Shown: in pieces, positions 58,908 to 64,000 of the stretch
How the letters are laid out: every line of letters starts with the position of its first letter
How positions within the stretch are numbered: the stretch's first letter is position 1
Source of the DNA: Octopus sinensis
Lineage: Eukaryota
DNA length: 64,000 bases
Assembly: GCF_006345805.1 (NCBI RefSeq)
Contig: NC_043000.1
Span: 148,676,001 to 148,740,000 of the forward strand
Direction: 5' to 3'
Program-made: the position numbers and the translations under genes
Notes under the pieces: generated by a model
The model's database searches: none
Told to the model about the DNA's origin: nothing
What the model saw: the letters and a program-made list of their open reading frames with translations, nothing else

Positions 58908-60591
58908 AAATAATAATAATAACGGAATAATTTCTATTAGTTTTACCTCATAAAAAGAACAAAAAACTGATATCAAGACTTGTCAGCCAAAAAAAAAAAA
59001 AATTATGTACGCCCGACAAGATGACCTCAGCACAGCCACAAAAATATTCATCCGCCAGCTGTCAAACGAAGACCATCTTTGCAACATCGTCTTTGATATT
59101 CTTATTGTAGTCTTTTATTTAGCAAATGTCATTTTTTTTTTAAATTACGACCTCTCTCTCTCTTTTTTTTCTTCTTCTCTCTCTTCCACGAAATATTATA
59201 ATATTATGTCGTTATATGAGAAACGACAAAGCTCAGAACTATTCCCTAGACAAGCGTTTCCTAAAAGGAATCGCATCGTGCGCGTTCTGTGAAAGAGAAA
59301 TGCGTCTTATAAAATACAAAGATAATATAAAACGTATATTATTATGTGGAAGACAAATGAAAATGCCTTCGACTGAAATACTTTCGAAAGCTTTGTATAA
59401 TAAAAGAAATTAAATTTGATCAGTATGGAAAGAACAGGTTTTCTTTTTTTTTTTTTTTTGTCATCGACGGACTTTCTGAAAAAAGCTGTCACGAATAAAA
59501 TGGGATTTCTTAGGCTTCTTATCTTTTTTTTTTTTTTTTCGAGATTTTTCGACGTTAGTATTCAACATTTCAAAAACACTACAAAAAAAAAAAAACATTG
59601 TAAATCTCCATATTTTTCCAAATATCTCAGCCACCTCCTTCCTACCTCTTAATCGTGCTTCCGCAATAGCTGCCAAGATTAAAATGATTTTTTTTTTTTT
59701 TCATTATTTTTCGTCTTTTAGAGTATTCTACATTCTGAAATACTAGTAATTCGCATTTTAACCAATTCTTATCCCATCCCCTTCATCGTAACTCACGATT
59801 AAAGTGTGTGTGTTGAGGTCCACTTTGGTTTGTTCTCTTTTTCCATTCTTTAAAATATTTTTTTTTTCCTATACGAGATTAAATGAATTAAGAGAAAAAC
59901 AAAAATTTATCACCTGATGTTTGCATTGGTATTGAACAACTTTTTCCATTAAGCTATTTTGACTCACAGACAAGAAAATAATGACCACCCCAGACAAAAA
60001 AAAAAGAAAGAAAAATTGACATAATTCCCATCAGAACATTATTTCAGAAAATTATCTCCTGTCTCTTTGAACATATAAAAGATAAATTTAGCTGGGCAAA
60101 ATGAGTAAGACAAGATAAAGTAAATTCACTGATTTAGCACCCTAGAATTATATTTGAAAACACTCATATACATCAATATCCATTCTTAGGAATCAGAAAT
60201 TCAACAAGAATTTTAAGATATCTCCATCAACTGAAAGAGGATCGTGAAAAAATGGCACATGATATGAAATCAATGCAACTCAACTAAATCTAAAAATTCA
60301 TGATAAAATATTCTCTATAGCTTCTTCATGATCTGCTGAAGTGATTCTTTTCCCAGTATATTTACACACCTTGCAGATAGAGAAGAAATTATTGAAGTCA
60401 AAACTCATTTTTCCCCATTTTAGACTTTATTGTTTTGAAAATTGAAAATGATCAAATTAGACATTAGTGTGGGGGAAAATTGACTTGGAATCCAACAGAG
60501 AAATGAATATTGATTGTTAAACACTAAAAATTATCCAGATATTTTATTAGCAACCTCAATTACAATTGGGTCAAAGTTGAAAATCTCTTAT

Positions 60592-60970
60592 AGTTAGTTA
60601 ATTTTTTGGCTCAAAAAGCAAAAAGCAAGGCCATGTAGGGGGACATGGAGTTATGTACAGGGTGGTGTTCATGTAAAGAGTTCAAGTCACTTGAGGTCAA
60701 GGGAGACTTTGAACCGAGCAGTCGTCGGCATTTTCACCATCTCGTCTGGCAGCTTATTCCACGGATCTGCAACCCGGACGGAGAAAGCCCCTCTCCTTCG
60801 ATTGAGATGAAATTGTCGCAGGTAGAGCTTTTCAGAATGACCCCGCAGCCGACACTCTGGAGCAGAAGTGAAGAACAGCTCTTTCGAGAGGTTACACTTT
60901 CCGCTTATGATGTTGGGGGCAAGAATGAGATCTCCACGGCGTTGGCGTTTTTCTAGAGAATAAAGGTCAA
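60592..60970 (-). mobile_element. CR1-A LINE 3' fragment
   Basis: Paralog of 2205-2570, same (TAAC)n tail. Confidence 0.9.
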
Positions 60971-61334
60971 GCCTGTTTCAAACTCACTAAACTTCAACAA
61001 GAACTATGCTGACCAATTTTTACCCTCAAAGATGATGCAATGCTACAAAATGAGGATGCAATACTTGCAATGTGATGATTTCAAACAGGTAGGGAGAAAA
61101 TAACGAATCAAAAATTATTCATTTTGTCCCAGTTACCAATTGTGCTTCCACACCTATGTTTTTCATGCTCCACACAAGACAAAATTGTGGATTAGTTAAT
61201 CTTCACTTCAAGACACCAGGATGCTAAAATTCACCTGCTACCCTTCACTTCAGAGTATTAATATTTCCCAATAAGACATTTTGGTGTTTCTCTGGTTCTC
61301 TCCTTCTCTCCCTCTGTTTATGAGTTTTCTGCAG

Positions 61335-62727
61335 GCTACCTCAAAGACGAGTGACAATGATCTCATCTTCATGGCTGGGGATTTCAATGGGCCTGTCAGA
61401 CAGCAGCCTGGTATCTTCCATGGAGTTCAGCAATATAAATAACCTATTGATCTGTAACACTAACTTCAGAAAGTCAGCCAGCGACCTGATAACCTACAAA
61501 TCAGGTGACAGTGCTAGACTGATTGATTACACTCTTACCAGACAGTAGGATGCTTGGTTGCTCTTCCTGAGTCTCCCTCTACTCCAGGTTCCTTCCACTG
61601 TTTGGGAGTGGCACTTCTTCACAGATCTCTCCTCATCCATCCGTAGTACATGACCATACCAGCGCAGACGTCTCTCTTGCACACCACATCTGATGCTTCT
61701 TATGTCCAACATTTCTCTCAGGGCACTCGCATGTGCACACTGACATTACACATCCAGCAGATCATGCTAGCTTCATTTCTTTTGAGCCTATGCATGTCAT
61801 CAACAGTCATGGCCCATGTTTCACTGCTGTGTAGCATGGCAGTTCGCACTAATGCATCGTACAATCTACCTTTCAATCTGAGCAAGAGGCCCTTTGTCGT
61901 CAGTAGATGTAAAAGCTTTCTGAACTTTCCCCAGGCTATTTTTATTCGAGTGGTAATGCTCTCTGAGCAACCATCCCCACTACAGACTTGGCCACCTAGG
62001 TAGCAGAAGCTATCAACTGCTTCTAGTTTTTCACCCTGGCATGTTATGGAATGTTTTCTGAGCATGTGTTTATTGCCCCTGTGCATCTGCACACAAGAAA
62101 GCTATCTTCCCAGTTAATCTTTCTTTGATGTTGCTGCACCTCTTATGTGTCCATAGCTTACACTGGGTACATCTTCTGTCAAAGGTAATGATTGAGACCT
62201 TTGGCATTATGCTGTGCTTGAGATGAAGACTCATCAATCTAAGCAAAATCACAGTTGTGACAGATATGGGCCTCATGGCGGCAATGACCAACACCTTTGA
62301 AGCACTTTTCGAGTGTTGGGCCTGTCAGAGGTAATGACTAAAACCTTTGGCATTATGCTATGCTTGAGATGAAAACCTGTCAAGCCAAGCAAAATCGCAA
62401 TTGTGACAGATATGGGCCTCACAGAGGCTATGACGAAGACTTTTGGCATTATATTGTGCTTGAGAAGAAGACCCATCAAGCTGAGAAAAATCGGGGTCAT
62501 GGCAGATACTGGTGTCATGCAAATGGCACCTGTGTTGGTGGTACGTAAAAGCAGCCATTACACTATCAGAGTGGTTGGCATTAGGAAGGGCATCCAGTAG
62601 TAGAAAACCATGCCAAATCAGATTGGCGTCTGGTGCAGCTTTCCAGCTTGCCAGCTTCAAGCAAACCACATAACCCATGCCAATATGGACAATGGATGTT
62701 AAATGATGATAATGATGATGATGATTA
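61335..62727. mobile_element. Rearranged RTE LINE: + endonuclease, inverted RT C-terminus, + 3' end
   Basis: AGDFNG / NLLICNTNF / LITYKSG..IDY on +; RLRWYGHV, LYDALVRTAMLH, CTQCKLWTHKRCS on -; (GAT)n tail on +. Confidence 0.85.
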
Positions 62728-63577
62728 TGTCCTACTTACTAAGACTTTGGATTTTGCTAGGTTAACTCTAACACCCTTCATTTCTAGAGCTCGCTTTCTC
62801 ACCTGAAACTATATATATATATATATTTTATTTTAAAATGTTTCAGCTACAAAGCTGCGATCATACTGGAGCACCACCGTTGATGGAGCTACACCATTAT
62901 TCGGAACCTCTTCTGATATATGGCATTTGGTCGACGAGGGAGTTTGATGCTGCTGCCCTCATCTCTGTTTCCTGCTGGGAGGTAGGCTTGTCTGGAACCT
63001 GTATCAGGAAGAGGTCCAGTTTTGTTTTAAAAACACTTACATCCACACCATGCAGGTCTCTCAGGCATTTTTTGAAGAATATTAAAGAGCTGTGGGACCC
63101 TTAAAGCCCAAGTTGTTGCAGTATCTGGTCCTATATATATATATATATAGTTGAAAAAAGGTTAGAGATTTATACAAATCAAATTTCAAATAACGTGAGT
63201 TCAGAGTTCATGGCTGTTTTCTGCACCAGCTTCACATAGCAGCCCCAGCCCGTCCAAAGTACCTTGGATCACAGAACAGCCTGCTGTGCTTACCTTGAAT
63301 CGCAGGGTGACCTGCTGTGCTTGAGGAGACCTATTGAGTCAAGTACATCAACATCAAAATAAAAATCAATTGGAAATTGTAGTTATGATACCTGGGCCGG
63401 TGGCAGGTAAAAAGCACCCACTACACTCATGGAGTGGTTGGCATTAGGAAGGGCATCCAGCTGTAGAAACACTGCCAGATCAGACTGGAGCTTGGTGCAG
63501 CCTCCTGGCTTCCCAAACCCCGGTTGAACCGTCCAACCCATGCTAGCATGGAAAACGGACGTTAAATGATGATGATG

Positions 63578-64000
<423 letters not shown>

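Noticed and set aside
59461-59676. ORF LAAIAEARLRGRKEVAEIFGKIWRF in a CpG-richer patch
   Set aside because: It starts at TTG, runs into homopolymers, and has no supporting splice sites.

Overview
AT-rich animal genomic DNA dense in SINEs, LINE fragments, MITEs and microsatellites. The repeat make-up suggests a cephalopod, most likely Octopus (inference from recall, no search run). There is no sign of prokaryotic content. One gene is recognised with confidence: a 7-exon BCAS2/SPF27 splicing-factor gene on the minus strand (CDS 16963-40642, 210 aa, all GT-AG junctions phase-checked by hand). A second minus-strand gene that I cannot identify (phase-compatible exons about 47.2-56.7 kb) encodes a small protein with a hydrophobic C-terminus. 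The rest is mostly transposon-derived: several tRNA-derived SINE families, RTE and CR1 LINE fragments, four non-autonomous Helitrons, hAT, mariner, Tc2/pogo, piggyBac, Harbinger-like and Merlin-like elements, a probable solo LTR and a foldback-like element. The most notable observations are: (1) a 537-bp TSD-flanked Penelope-like insertion with interleaved inverted repeats and a minimal hammerhead ribozyme whose core carries a compensatory U3-A8 pair; (2) a foldback element whose right arm has expanded into a 159-bp satellite; (3) the orphan membrane-protein gene with a possible poison or alternative C-terminal exon; (4) inverted-SINE and hairpin architecture around symmetric BCAS2 exons. Repeat boundaries without a quoted TSD or TIR are approximate.
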